DNA of 64,000 nt, taken from assembly GCA_051294375.1 (NCBI GenBank), contig CM119268.1, positions 4,859,878 through 4,923,877 of the forward strand, in the 5' to 3' direction. A program made the translations under genes and the position numbers. Positions 1 to 13,500 of the stretch are shown here, piece by piece. Within the stretch, counting starts at the first letter, position 1; each line of letters starts with the position of its first letter. The stretch is from Paraspadella gotoi (lineage: Eukaryota; Animalia; Chaetognatha). The notes under the pieces were generated by a model, which saw nothing but the letters and a program-made list of their open reading frames with translations, was not told the origin of the DNA and ran no database searches.

Positions 1-440
1 GAGAGAGAGGTATGAGGAAGCGAGAGAGAGAGAGAGGAGAGTGAGACGAGAGAGAAGAAGAGAGAGAAGAGGAAGAAGAAGAGTGAGAGAGAGAAAAGAA
101 GAGAGAGGGATAAATGAGTTCAGAGATAGATAAGGTTGATAGATAAGAGAAGATAAAAGGTGGGGGAGTGGTTGAGAGGCTGTCGTGCTTAAAAGAGTAT
201 GGTAGAAAAGGGACTGAAATTTTCAGCGAAAACGACGAAAAAATGTTCAAAATTAACATTTATAGGTTCAAAACAGGTTTGTCGATCTGTCTATCCTTCT
301 CTGGCTCTTGCTCTTCTCTCTCTTTCTTTTTCACTTCGCCAATCTTTATATAACTCGTTTAATTCATTTTCATTTAGAACTTCTAAACGTTAGCACCGAA
401 AAAGGACGAATCAAAGAGAGACAATAACAACAACAACAAC

Positions 441-3254
441 CTTGAAGACGTCGGAACAATTGTGGTTGATGACGCATTCGACGAGATGATTGAGAATTTC
501 TCTTGAGGCGATCGAGTCGCGGACGAAGCCTTGGACGGAGTCGGTCGGGACGTGGCTGGTGAGAGAAGACAATGAGAGAAAAGAAATAAGCAATAAAAAA
601 AAGATAGGTGTGTGAGAAAAGAAAAGATAATTATGATAAAAGATATGATAAAAGATATGCGCGAGATTTAATTGATTTAATCGATTTCGTTTTAAAATTT
701 TATCGAATGACTCATTGCCCAGAAAATTTTTCAAGCTTCGTTAATTTTAAATTCAATTCGGGATTTTTTTCTTTTCATTTTTTTAAATTTTCTTTAGAAC
801 GAAATCGATCCCTAATTCCGGACCAACGCATTTTTTAAAGGTGGGACCAATGACGTCACGAGAAAAATTTCAGATTTGAATCTGTTTCGTAATGAGAATT
901 CTACACCTTTTTAGGTTTCCCCAACTTTATTTGTTCACTTATTTGTGTTAATTCAGCGAATATTTGTCCGAAAAAGTGAAGTTTCCCTCAATTAATTTAA
1001 TTGGGGAAATTTATTTCCCCAACCCCGTTCTCCTCAATCCCCCCGTTCTCATTTATATTCGCCCAAACCCCCGTTCTCTCCCAATCCCCGTTCCTCCATC
1101 TAATTCTCACAACCCCGTTCCACCCAATACCCCGTTCTCTCGTCTAATTCTCCAACCCCGTCCTCCCCAATACCCCCCGTTCTCGTTCTAATTCTGCCAA
1201 CCACGTTCTCACCCAATCCCCCCTCCATCCTACAACCCGTTCTCCTTACCCGGTTGCCCTCCTCTCCTGGGTCGGACGACGTCTTCGTCCAGAAAAGATC
1301 CGGTCGTTACCTTCAGTCGAGCTCGACGACGAAGTCGATGGAGACCAGAGTTCGACACCCGCGTCAGAGATAGAGGACCGGGGGGGAGTAGGAGGGGGAG
1401 AAGAGAGGAAAAAGGGGGAAAAGGGGAAGAGGAAAGAGAAGTAAGGAGAGGAGGAAGAGTGGAGAGGAGAGAGTAGGAGAGAGGGGAGGAGATAGGAGTA
1501 GAGAGAAAAGGGGGACAGGAGAGGGGAGGAGAGAGAGGAAAGGAGGGGGAGAGGGAGTGGAGGAAGAAAGGAGTAGGGGTAGAGAGGAGAAGAGAAGAAG
1601 GAAAGAAAAAGCAGGAGGGGAGGAGAAGAAGGGGACTCAAGGATAGGAAAAGGGAGAGGAAAACGAATAGAGGGATGAAGAAGGTGGAGAAGAGGAAGGA
1701 GGAAGAGGAAGGAAGAGAGAGGAAGAATAAAGTTGTGGTGTGGATTCGAAGGTAGAAAAAAAAGTTGGGGGAAAGGAAAGGAAGCAATAAACAAAACAGT
1801 GAAACACTTTAAACATACATTATAGTGATCTTCACACTTTTTTTCCTCACACGAGACGGAATAATTAATCGCATAGTCAGCTACCCCATCTTGCTTTACT
1901 AACCAATGATCGCCACTAATCGCATCATTGCTTACAACACAACAACACACAACAACAAATCAAACTCTTCGCTTCTCTCCCACCAGCATCGACACCCGCG
2001 AGCCTTTCCTTACCTTCGGCCGCTGCTCGAGGCGGCGGCGATGACGAGCGTTTGAAGGCGGCGGAGGTGAGATCGAAGATGTGGTGATGTCTGGGGAACT
2101 GGAGTAGCGCGCAAAGGGGAAAGGGATCACGCGGACGTTGTCCAGCAAGAGAGTTCGTGTAGCTCGTAGGTGGGAATCGGTAAAGGGGTTTGAGCAGGAA
2201 ATTAGAAGGTTAGTGGAGCAGGAATAGAGTGGTAAGGTGTATTTAAGCCTGGAGCGATAGTAATTAAATAATCATTCCGATTGTCTCATCAGCCAATCAA
2301 AAAACCAAACAATTATTAATTACACAATACTCACGTCATCAAACAACAGTGCATCTTTGTAATTAGCCTATCAAAAAACAATCATTAAATATCATATCTA
2401 TTCACTCACAAACCAACAACCAATTGGCCAATCAATCAATCAAAATAACCATTCACCTGCGGCGGATGCAACCCCAGATCGTAGACCACTGTCTCACGCC
2501 CGCTTCCACAACTGCAACGCTGGCCCACGAGATTCGCCAGTTGTGGATATAAATCATGACGAGGCTGCGGTGACGACGACTACGCCGAAGGACGCGGCGC
2601 GAGACTTGTGGTGGAAACGCGTATGGCGGAAGCGCGTTCGGGGGTCATGGCGAATCTGGGAGTAACGAAGAGGTTGGGGGGTGACCTCGTCTCTTTGGCT
2701 GAGTGGGTTAAGTTTCAACGTTTTTAGCCGTTTCGTTCCGGGTCTCGATTCCAGCTTTAAAAGTTTTTTGGCTACCGCGCTAAATGCGCCGATGATATAC
2801 AGACGAGTATCACAATCCCAACCAACCTTCTTCGTTTAGCGTACTACCAAAAACGCATTATATGAACGGGCTGTCAGTTAAGTTTGCATTATCTAAATGC
2901 TAATGTTTAAACTAGTCTTGCAGTGGCACGACAGTTTTCTGCAATGTCGCTACACCTTCTTCCTTCATGTAAAAAGTGACATGATAGACGTTGTCTTCGC
3001 ACTAATATAACCCGATGACTGCATAGCTGATCAGATATATTAATATTCTTCGTAACCCCTTCTCACTCTCCCTTTTCTCCTCACATGGTTTCGTCGTGCT
3101 CCAGCTCGAGCTTCGTCGGCGGCCAGCAGCCGCCACAGCAGCGGCTTCGTGACGAGGTTGTGCAGCGTCGTGAGGATGATGACGAGCAGCGTGAAGAAGG
3201 AAGCTTTGGCCCCGAAGGGACCAAGTAGCATTGGCAGCCTTTGGGCATACCCAT
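441..3254 (-). pseudogene. Frameshifted duplicate of the DUF1647-like gene (exons 1-5; continues off the left edge)
   Basis: Same exons as 11066-13909 (MGMPKGCQ..., VTAASS, LDNVRVIPFPFARYSS, HVPTDSVQGFVRDS...) but with many indels. May be sequencing error rather than a true pseudogene. Confidence 0.6.
1015..1245. repeat. Intronic minisatellite (CCCCGTTCTC / CTAATTCTC-containing units); second copy at 11630-11850
   Basis: Repeated 'aatccccccgttctc' and 'tctaattctccaaccccgttctc' motifs seen directly. Confidence 0.8.
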
Positions 3255-5488
3255 GGCTGGAAGCAGGAGGGAAAAGGGTGGCGCGAGAGAGTGAAAAGGG
3301 GTTTTGACAGGGCCCAATATTCACTCGAAATGCTCGTCATCTTTAGCGCCTTCTGCTCGCGGATGTTGCTCGTTCCTTCGCGCTTACATTCAGTTCAAAT
3401 CGAATGAGAACGATTCGATATTTTATTCCATCGTTTGGTCGCAAAGTTGCAAAACTTTTTTTTTAATGTACGTATTATTTGCGCAAGAGATAAATATCTG
3501 CAAATGGAAGGCGTTCTATGAAAAGGTTGACCCAGGAGAGGAACAAAACAGATTTTGAAAAAATAACCTTCACCTCTTTTTTTTTACGAAAAATGAGATG
3601 AAAAAGTAGTTTCACGATCCAGAAAAAAACTACTACAATAAAAATGTTTTTTTTTTGTTTTAGAAAAAGGAGACAGAGCGGTATTTGTTACTGATAACAA
3701 ATGTTGTGCGTTTAAATCCGTGCCCGCGTTTAATAACATTTACAGATAGAAAGACAAAGATATGTAGCGATAAGATAAAAAAAAACCAAAAAAATAACGC
3801 GTTGAAAATTGGAATGTGTTCAGTAGATGAGAGAACTTGGGAGTAGAAAAATAGATATTTTAATTACTTCATTCGTATAGATTTGTTGAGAACTTAAGAA
3901 GACAATTTCGTTTTCGTATTTTTTTTTTTTCTAACGGCCTTATTTGAGGTTAACACATAAAAATATTGTTTGTTAATATCAAGTAACCAAAATATATATA
4001 TTTTAGTAAACAAAATTGGACAAAATGAGGAAAACTAAAATCACAGAATCATATAAACCAACTGTTTAAGAACCTCGTGCCTCATTTCACCGGTAAATGA
4101 TTTAAGGCAAAATTATTGTTCATAAACGATTTCAAAAAATATTCGAAAATGTAGACAGATATTCGTAAAGAAGCGCGCTGAAACTAATGACTTGTAAATC
4201 AGCGGGAAATTTTAAATGAAAAAAAAACAAAGGCGGAAATACTGATGAATATGCATCGTCGATATCGTAATTAATACTGAGAAACAATAGAGCGATTTCG
4301 ATAAATCGTAATAATAGTAAAATATAATGAACTTGAATCACACATCTGCCTGAATAGGTAGATGATTCATAAAAAAAAAATTTTATGAAAAAGTATTTAC
4401 ACGCGTTCAGCCGTGCACCAACGATAAGACATAAAAAAATACTTGATTGTAAAAATTGTATATAGAAACAAGATTACATGCGCGGCTACGCCGTTAAGTT
4501 CCACTCAAATATCGTTATTTTATACATACGAACGTGTTTGTACGTAAATTTTTTTGACCTAAGAAAGTATCGGTGGAATCACCGAAGAGTCCGATCCGAT
4601 TAAAAATAAAATGCTGACAGTATATATATTTAATAGTCGCATAGTTTCGAACACTGGCAAACGTGTTGTCAAAACGTATCAGGGTTGATAGAAAAATATT
4701 TTGTTTTTTTCCAAAGAGAAAAAAGTATGAAAATGGAATAAGGGGGCCGGTGGGGGAGGGGAAAGGGGGGAGAAGATATTTCTTGACCTCAGTTTATCAA
4801 GTAAGAGATACATTTCATAGTTTCGAAAATGACCGGCTACCAAAAGTTTGATCGTCGGAATGTTTGGGCTTGGAGTTTATTTCCTAGATTTGATATTATA
4901 TTAATAATAATTTTCGCTAAACTCGGATGAATGGGCGGTCCTCGACTGGCTATTCAAACGAGTATCCTCACAGAAAGAATGTGGGAAAAGCATGCTTGGG
5001 GGGGGGAAGGGTAAGCCATGCTTAAAGGAAAGAACAAGCAATACCATGTGGCATGATTTCTCATTCTCGTCGTCTACAACGAATACGAACGTCGCTCTTA
5101 TCGATTGTTTTATCTTTTTGAGAGGACAATATTGATAATATTTTCTTTGTACTAAATTATCTTCAATGATTTGTCAATCAGTATAAAGGTGTTTCACTCT
5201 TTCGCAAGTCTGGATAAGTCTACACCTTACAAAAATTTACATATTATTTCTCCGAGAGATTACAGACTTTGAACACTTAAATTAAGCAATAAACAAAATC
5301 TTATTTTTTCAAAGCAACTTTTATAAATATTAAAAACAAGAAAGGGAAACCGACCAAGCTTTCAAATACTAATCCGCAAACCAATAAGTTAAATCAGGTG
5401 TCGTTATCACGTCTGTCGATCAAGCTATGATCGGTGCAATCAATCTAGTCAATCGGTAGTCAATCAGTTTATTAATCAGCCAATCAAT

Positions 5489-8476
5489 AATCAAAGTCCT
5501 TCCGCGTATTGAATCTCGATGCACGAGTCGTAATTTTCCGAAGAAATCCGAGGAAGTCGAAGGTCGGTCTTTCCGCATCTTTCCTTCCAGCATTCCCTCA
5601 TGGTGCCGTAGACGGGTTCGGGGGAATCGCGGGTGGGCGTGGCAGGCGATATCCGCGATCAACTGTACCGTCACCTCGCGGTGCCATGCCCGGGTAGGGA
5701 CCTGCGGGGAGAAGGTAGCGAAAAAAGAAGGGACACAGTTTGTTATAGGGTAAACCAGCAATCTCATTTCGTTTTACTTGAATTACATGAATTTATATTA
5801 TTTGCTTACATAAACCTATTCATACAGCATTGATCTAATGTTTTTTCTTAAATTTAATCAGGTTCACGATCTACTCGTGCCGACTAGGTTTACAGGGTTT
5901 AAGGTTAAGGGTAGTTTGGGGTTGAAAGTGTTAGGAAGAGGGGTTTTGAGTGTATGTCTAGTATAGAGTAGTTAACTATTTATTACTTTAGTCCTTGGGA
6001 AGAGCTCGTACAGCAAAATCCCAAAACTCCACACGTCGGATTTTGATGGTGAACCTTCCGTAGCTGATCGATTTCTGGTGCGGACCATTTGATCGGATCT
6101 GCGGTGATATCGTGGGGAAAATTTAATGGTAAGATTTGAAGTGAAGTCGTACGTATGTACGTATGTATTAGCGGTTATATAAGGATATCTTATCGGTAAA
6201 TAGAAAGCGAAACGAGAATCTTGAGAGGAGAGAGAGAGAGGGAGAGGAAGAGAGGAGGTATCCGGATTCTCTCTAATCCAACGCACACTAGTGACCACTA
6301 ATGAAGTTCCCCATGCTGACTCCTCACAACAGCCAAACCTTACCTGGCTCCTTGCTTAGCCTGGATATAGTGTCCTCGTCCGCATCCTTCAAGACTCTGG
6401 CCATCCGAAGCGGCCACTTTGACGGAGTTGTTTGAGAGCCACAAGTAACATTTCTTGCCGCCAAATCTCGTGGATGAAGTCTGACTTTCGATGTATGCCA
6501 TGCCCGGAGGCCGTTTGGGCTGCGATGTCTACAATCTGGAGAGGGAATGAAGAATTTAAAGATAGCATCTGTGAGAGGTTGGGAATGCCAAAAAAAATCC
6601 TTATTCTATTCAGTTGGGTCTAAAATCCGGAAAAAAAGTGTTTGGGATAGTGGCTAAACATCTACTTGCGGCACTTAAACAGCAAGTAATTTATCCTGCA
6701 TGTGTGCACAAAAATAATATACTTATTACAAATATAAATTGAAACAGTGCAGCGCCAATGTTCGCCAATCTAATATAATATAAGATAATAAGTCTCATTT
6801 AAAATTCTTCACGCTGCGCGACTTGGAGATTTTGTCCTCCCCTTCGCGCATTGTAGTCAAGCAGAGAGCCCGTGCACATGAATCGCAGATGATGTACAAG
6901 GTTCCTGTCGGACAACGTCCAACAATTGCACCAACTTTCGGGTGTCTCAGAGTATTTCATGCATTATTGGCTTCTTGTAAGACCGCTTGCGGGCGCATGA
7001 TCCAGCTTCGCGTTTTGATGGCCACCTTGGACGTGTTGTTTCCACAGCCCTCCCAGACTCGCCGACTGGCCGCTGCAAGTTTCTTCTTGAACAGGAGCGA
7101 TTCTCTGCGGGATTTCCACACGTCCTTTCCCAGCGATTTCATCGTCGGGGCCTCTTTAGGACAGGCGCGGACGAGCTTGAGCAGAGGCCGTCGGAGGGTG
7201 ACGGTGTAGTGGTTGACGAGCTCTTCGAGGGTGCGGAAGGTGCGCCGCGCGGGGATTGCTTAAAGCTGTTGAGCGTGATGAATCCGCGGCCTCCTGGGCC
7301 GGATCTGTAGTGCTTGATGTGTCGCGGTTGTGGAAAAGTGGCGGATGGAGAGGAGTAACCTCCGGGGAGTTCTCGCTCTCAGCGGACGAGGAAGTGCGAC
7401 GGGGTTGCCGGCAGCAGAGGATCTTCTCGCCTGGCCTTGCGCGGTGATCTTGCCACGGTACATCTTGGCGCGTAGGATTCGTCGACCTTTTGAGATTGAG
7501 ATGGAGAAGGAGGGGACGAAAGAGAGAGTGAAAATGCAATTTAAATCCATCATTGGTTGGTAATAGTTATTAATTAGTATAGAGGGTGTCTAAGACTCCA
7601 AGTGTGAGAGATTTTTTAATTCATTTTGACCAAAGATTTTTTAGCGTAGACTCTCTTCACATTAATGTACAACCAGTGGTTCGCAATTAGGTCCTACGTT
7701 ACTATCCAACCTGAGCCACGTAAGTTGGACGAGACGTATCCTTTCCGCTTTACTCCTGAGATGTCGCGCGTACCACCAATCTCCATCGGCATCGTCTATG
7801 ACGAGCATTTGTCCGCGCTTTTTTGAAGGCGAGATCCTCGTCCGTGGCATTATCGAATCGTAGAGGGCCTAATGGAGGGGGAGGGGGGGGGGGAGAATGT
7901 ATTAATGAATATTGGGCGTCTCTCTTTCTAAATCACTCGTTATTTTTTTTCGCTATTTTTTTCCTAATTCGTTCTTTACATTACATTACAATTACATTAC
8001 ATCTTTTCTCTCTTTTTCTATGAATAGGTAACCATATCCAAAATAGAAATTATCTACGTATTCAATTCAATAGATATACTGTGGCGGGCAATGGTTAGGC
8101 TTTCTTTCCTCCTACAAGATAATAACAACATCTAACGTTTTGACGCACACACCACACTTTCTCTACTATGTGTGTAACTCTCTCTCTCGCAATCTTTGTT
8201 TCATTTTTTTTTGTTTCAAGCTCCTCAAGCCCACCACATCCCTGCACCATCCCGACCCCCTTCCACCACACCTTTAATATCTTCGCTCCGGAGGAAGATC
8301 CAAGAGAATGTCTTCCAGGCGGAGGGCGTTCCGGCCACGGCCTTGCCCGGGGAACGATGGTCACTGAGGTTTTCGTGGCATACGACGAGGGGGGGGCATT
8401 TTTGATGTCGGCAGGTGGACAATCTTCACTGTATCAAAGTCACCCTTCTTCTTCTCTTTTCCCAGCACAGACCCAT
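5489..8476 (-). pseudogene. Frameshifted duplicate of Src-family kinase A
   Basis: Fragments MKSLGKDVW, GDQMLVIDDADGDWWYARHLRSKAE and [15 protein letters not shown]. Introns are near-identical to those of 16179-19179, with dozens of 1-bp indels. Probably an uncorrected long-read copy. Confidence 0.7.
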
Positions 8477-8619
8477 GATTCTGGTTGTTGTTGTAGTTTG
8501 TGAGAGGATTGAGTTTTTTTTTTTTTATTTAGCAATATTGTAGGCAGGAGATTGATAATTTTTTTTTGTTATTTTCTTTTTTCTTCGTCCCGTCGCGTGA
8601 AAGGGATATATCACAGTTG

Positions 8620-9133
8620 NNNNNNNNNNNNNNNNNNNNNNNNNTCCCTCTCCTGTCGACGACGTCTTCCGCCAAAAAGAATCCGTCTTCCTTCATCGAC
8701 TCGACGACGAAGTCGATGGAAGACCAGAGTTCGACACCCNNNNNNNNNNTGCCTGCCTCGATCTTCAGCATTTCAGCTCGCTTACCATTTGCGTTTTCAT
8801 TTTTGAAAGGCGATTGATTGATTGATTGATTTACCTTTGACCGGAAGGCCACTTCGGTGGACAAGAGAAGCGAAGGGAGACGAAGGCAAAACGTGATGGT
8901 GAGGAGGGGAGAGAGGGGGAAAGTCGCCCGAGGAGGGTGTGGAGATCTGAAAAGAGAGGATAGAGGTAAAAAAAGAGAGGATGGGAGGTTGAAAAGAGAG
9001 GATGGGGAGGTAAAAAAAGAGAGGAGAGGTTGAAAAGAGAGGATAAAGAGGTTCAAAGAAAAGAAGATAGGTTGAAAGATAGGAGAGATAAGGTGGAGTG
9101 GTTGAGAGGCTGTCGTGCTTAAAAGAGTATGGT
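8620..9133. other. Assembly patchwork: 25-N gap, ~95-bp third copy of DUF1647 exon 4 (8645-8739), 10-N gap, copy of 10448-10828
   Basis: 8645-8739 (minus) reads GVELWSSIDFVVESMKEDGFFLAEDVVD without frameshift. 8750-9133 matches 10448-10828, then joins abruptly to unrelated sequence. Confidence 0.85.
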
Positions 9134-9479
9134 CACCCCACGACGAGACGACTGTCGACCGTCGCACGCTCGACAGCACCAATTGTGACGGCTCCGCAGG
9201 GTGCGATGCGGCCTGCTGACGCCCAGCACGCCGCGCAGCGCCGGGCGAGTCCGCGCCGGGCAAGTCTCGTCCGTCGACGCGGAAGTCTGTCGGCAAGTCG
9301 TGTCACTTGACGTGACGATGTGAGGGCTCGCGGGCAGTGAAGCGGGGAGAAAAGGAGCGAGTTGTCCGAGTTTGACGCGTGGCGAACAGTCGAGAGCCCG
9401 GCGAGGGAGGCGATGCGGGAGGAGTGGCGAGGCGGCGGCGAGGAAGAGGAGGGGGGGGTGAGAGAGTGGAAGAGGGAAT

Positions 9480-10430
9480 TTCAAGGGAGGGGAAAGAGTA
9501 GGAGGGGGCGAAAGGGAGAGAGCGAAGTGTGTGAAAAAAAAGGGAGAGGGAGAAGAGAAGGGAAAGAGAGAAGAAAGGAAAAGAGTGAAGGGAGAGGAAA
9601 AGGGAAAGAAGAGAGAGAGGGAAAAGGGAAAGAGAGAGAGAGGAAAAAGGAAAGAGAGAGAGAGGGAAAAAGAGGAAAGGAAGAGAGAGAAAGGAAAGGG
9701 AGAGAGAAGGAGAAAGGAAACGCAGAGAAGAAAGGAGAAAAGAGAGAGAGGAACAAAGAGAGCGGAAAAGGGAAAGAGAGAAGGGAGGAAGGCACAAAAG
9801 AGAGGAGAAAGGAAAGAGAGAGAAAGGGAAAGAGAGGAGGAAAGGCGAAAAAGAGAGAAGAGGGAAAGAGGGAAGAGAGAGAAAGGAAAAATGAAAGAGA
9901 AGGGAAAGAGAGAGAGAGGAAAAAGTGGAAGCAGGAGAGAAAGAGAAGGCGAGAAAGGAAAGAAAGGAGAAAGGAACGAGAGAGAAGAGCGAGAGAGAAA
10001 GGGAAAGAAGGGAGAAAAGGGAAAGAGAGAGAGAGGGGAGAGAAGGGAAAGAGAGAGAGAGGAAAGGAAAGGAGAGAGAGGGGAAAGGGAGAGAGGGAAA
10101 AAGAAAGAGAGGAGAAGGAGAAAAGGAAACGAGAAGAGGAGAAAGCGGAAAAGAGAGAGTAGGAGAAAGGGAAAGAGAAGAGAGAGCGGAGGAAAGGGAA
10201 GAGAGAGGAGGAAAAGGGAAAAGAGAGGGAAGGAAGCAGAAAGGGGGAGAAGAGAGAGAGAGAGGGAGAAAGGGAAGAAAGAGAGAAGGAGAAAGGAAAG
10301 AGAGAGGGGAGAAAAGGGAAAGGAGAGAGAAGGGAGAGAAAGGAAGAGAGAGGGAAAAAGGAAGAGAGAGAGAGAGAGAAGGAAATAGAGAGAGAGAGAG
10401 AAAGGAGAGAGAGAGAGAAAGGGAAAGAGA
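9480..10430. repeat. ~950-bp polypurine/polypyrimidine low-complexity tract
   Basis: Almost exclusively A/G on the plus strand. It is the source of the spurious long L/S/F/P and E/R/K/G ORFs. Confidence 0.95.
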
Positions 10431-10525
10431 GATTTTGCTCTCATATGTGCCTGCCTCGATCTTCAGCATTTCAGCTCGTTCGTTTTCAATTTTTGAGAAG
10501 GCGATTGATTGATTGATTGATTTAC

Positions 10526-13500
10526 CTTGACCGGAAGGCCACTTCGGTGAGCAAGAGAAGCGAAGGGAGACGAAAGGCAAACCGTGATGGTGAGGAGGGG
10601 AGAGAGGGGAAAGTCGCCCGAGGAGGGTGGTGGAGATCTGAAAAGAGAGGATAGAGTAAAAAAAAGAGAGGAGGGCGGTTGAAAAGAGAGGATGGGAGGT
10701 AAAAAAGAGAGAGAAGAGGTGAAAGAGAGGATAAAGAGGGTTCATAAAAGAGAAGATAGGGTTGAAAGATAGGAGAGAAGTTGAAAAAGGTGGAATGGTG
10801 AGAGGCTGTCGTGCTAAAAAGAGTATGGTAGAAAAGGGACTGAAATTTCAGCGGAAAACGACGAAAAAATGTTCAAAATTAACATTTATAGGTTCAAAAC
10901 AGGTTGTCGATCTGTCTATCCTTCCTGGCTCTTGCTCTTCTCTCTCTTTCTTTTTCACTTCGCCAATCTTATATATACTCGTTAATTTCATTTCATTTAG
11001 AACTTTAAACGTTAGCATCCGGAAAAAGGACGAATCAAAGAGGAGACAAATACAACAACAACAACCTTGAAGAACGTCGGAACAATGTGTTGATGAGCGC
11101 ATGTCGACGAGATGATTGAGAATTTCTCTTGAGCGATCGAGTCGCGAGACGAAGCCTTGGACGGATCGGTCGGGACGTGGCGGTGAGAGAAGACAATGAA
11201 GAAAGAGAAATAAGCAATAAAAAAAAGATAGGTGTGTGAGAAAAGAAAAATAATTATTGATAAAAGATATGATAAAAGATATGGCGCGAGATTTAATTGA
11301 TTTAATCGATTCAGTTTTTAAAATTTTATCGAATGACTCATTCCCAGAAATTTTTCAAGCTTCGTTAATTTTAAATTAATTCGGGATTTTTTCTTTTCAT
11401 TTTTTAAATTTTCTTTAGAACGAAATCGATCCTTAACTCGGACCAACGCATTTTTTAAAGGTGGACCAATGACGTCACGAGAAAAATTTCAGATTTGAAT
11501 CTGTTTCGTAATGAGAATTCTACAAACCTTTTTAGGTTTCCCCAACTTTATTTGTTCACTATTTGTATTCAGCGAATATTTTGTCCCGAAAAAAAGTAAT
11601 TTCTCAATTAATTTTAATTGGGGAAATTTATTTTCCCCAACCCCGTTCTCCTCAATCCCCCCGTTCTCAGTTTATATTCCCCAAACCCCCGTTCTCTCCC
11701 AATCCCCCGTTCCTCATCTAATTCTCACAACCCCGTTCTCCCCAATCCCCCGTTCTCTCGATCTAATTCTCCAACCCCGTTCTCCCCAATCCCCCCGTTC
11801 TCTCATCTAATTCTCCAACCCGTTCTCACCCAATCCCCCCCGTTCTCCCCTTTCCCTCTCCTGTCTGACGACGTCTTCCTCCAAAAAGATCCGTCTTCCT
11901 TCATCGACTCGACGACGAAGTCGATGGAAGACCAAGTTCGACACCCCGCGTCGAGATAGAGGACCGGGGGGGAGTAGGAGGGGGAGAAGAGATAGGGGGA
12001 AAAGGGGAAGAGGAAAGAGAAGTAAGGAGAGGAGGAAGAGGTGGAGAGGAGGAGAGAGTGAGAGAGGAGGAGGGAGGGAGTAGAGAGAAAAGGGGGACAG
12101 GAGAGGGAGGGAGAGAGGAAGGAGGGTAAGAGAGGGGAAGTGAGAGGAAAAAGGTAGGAGGGTAGAGAGAAGGGAGGAGAAGAAAGAGAAAGAGAAAAGG
12201 GCAGAGCAGAAGGGGGAGGAAGAAGAAGGGGACTNNNNNNNNNNNNNNNNNNNNNNNNNCAAGGATAGGATAAGGGAGAGGAAAACGAATAGGAGGATGA
12301 AGAAGGTGGAGGAAGAGGGAGAGGAGGGAAGAGGAAGAAGGAGAGGAAGGAAGAAAAGTTGTGTGAGTGTGGATTCGAAGGTAGAAAAAAAAATTGGGGG
12401 AAAGGAATAAAGCAATAAACAAACAGTGAAACACTTTAAATGCATCACATTATAGTGATCTTCACACTTTTTTTCTCACACGAGACGAATAATTTAATCG
12501 CTAGGTACAGCTACCCCATCTGCTTTACTAACCCAATGATCGCCACTGAATCGCATCATTCTTACAACAACAACAACAACAACAACAACAACATCAAACT
12601 TCTTCGCTTCCTCTCCCACCGCATCGACACCCGCGAGCCTTTCCTTACCTTCGGCCGCTGCTCGAGGGCGGCGGCGATGACGAGCGGTTTGAAGGCGGCG
12701 GAGGTGAGATCGAAGATGTTGGAGTGTCTGGGGGAACTGGAGTAGCGCGCAAAGGGGAAAGGGATCACGCGGACGTTGTCCAGGCAAGAGAGTTCGTGTA
12801 GCTGGTAGGTGGGAATCGGTAAAGGGGTTGTGGAGCAGGAAATTAGAAGTTGTGGAGCAGGAAATCAGGGGTAAGGTGTATTTAAGCTGGAGCGAAAGTA
12901 ATTAAATAATCATCCGATTGTCTCATTAGCCAATCAAAAAACCAAACAATTATTTAATTACACAATACTCACGTCAATCAAACAACAGGTTGCATCTTTG
13001 TAATTAGCCTATCAAAAAAAAACAATCATTAAATTATCATACATTCACTCAACAAACCAAACAACCAATTGGCCAATCAATCAATCAAAATAACCATTCA
13101 CCTGCGGCGGATGCAACCCCAGATCGTAGACCACTGTCTCCACGCCCGCTTCCCACAACTGCACGCTGCCCACGAGATTCGCCAGTTGTGGATAAAACAT
13201 TGACGAGGCTGCGGTGACGACGACAACGCCGAAGGACGCGGCGCGAGACTTGTTGGTGGAAACGCGTATGGCGGAAGCGCGTTCGGGGGTCATGGCGAAT
13301 CTGGGGAGTAACGAAGAGGTTGGGGGGGTGACTCGTCTCTTTGGCTGAGTGGGTAAAGTTTCAACGTTTTAACCGTTCGTTCCGGGTTCGATTCCCAGCT
13401 TAAAAAAGTTTTTTGCTAACTGCGCTAAATGCGCCGATGATATAAGACGAGTATCAGCAAATCCCAACCAACCTTTCGTTTGCGTTTAACCAAAAAGCAT

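Larger units (their letters stand above)
120..8619 (+). repeat. ~8.5 kb direct duplicate of ~10745-19326 (error-rich copy; probable assembly artefact)
   Basis: Colinear match throughout (199 'atggtagaaaag' = ~10825; 8610 'atcacagttg' = ~19317). Differences are mostly scattered 1-bp indels in exons and introns alike. The copy ends exactly at a 25-N gap (8620-8644). Confidence 0.9.

Noticed and set aside
5489-8476. A fourth Src paralog or genuine pseudogene
   Set aside because: Intron sequences are near-identical to those of Src A and the differences are indel-dominated next to a 25-N gap, which favours an assembly duplicate.
9119-10745. Long ORFs (441, 480, 285 and 266 aa) rich in L/S/F/P or E/R/K/G
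   Set aside because: Translations of a purine/pyrimidine tract that cannot contain stop codons; no domain content. The same applies to all ER/LS-repeat ORFs in (AG)n tracts.
11960-11975. Non-canonical CG acceptor before DUF1647 exon 4 (seen in two copies)
   Set aside because: Both copies are noisy and the missing base sits beside a G homopolymer. The same type of deletion removes the exon 5 acceptor in one copy (11181) but not the other (557). Unresolved, but probably error.
13335-13400. tRNA gene with an apparent TTA (ochre-suppressor) anticodon
   Set aside because: No acceptor stem, and the duplicate copy has a different loop sequence. Better explained as a decayed SINE head.
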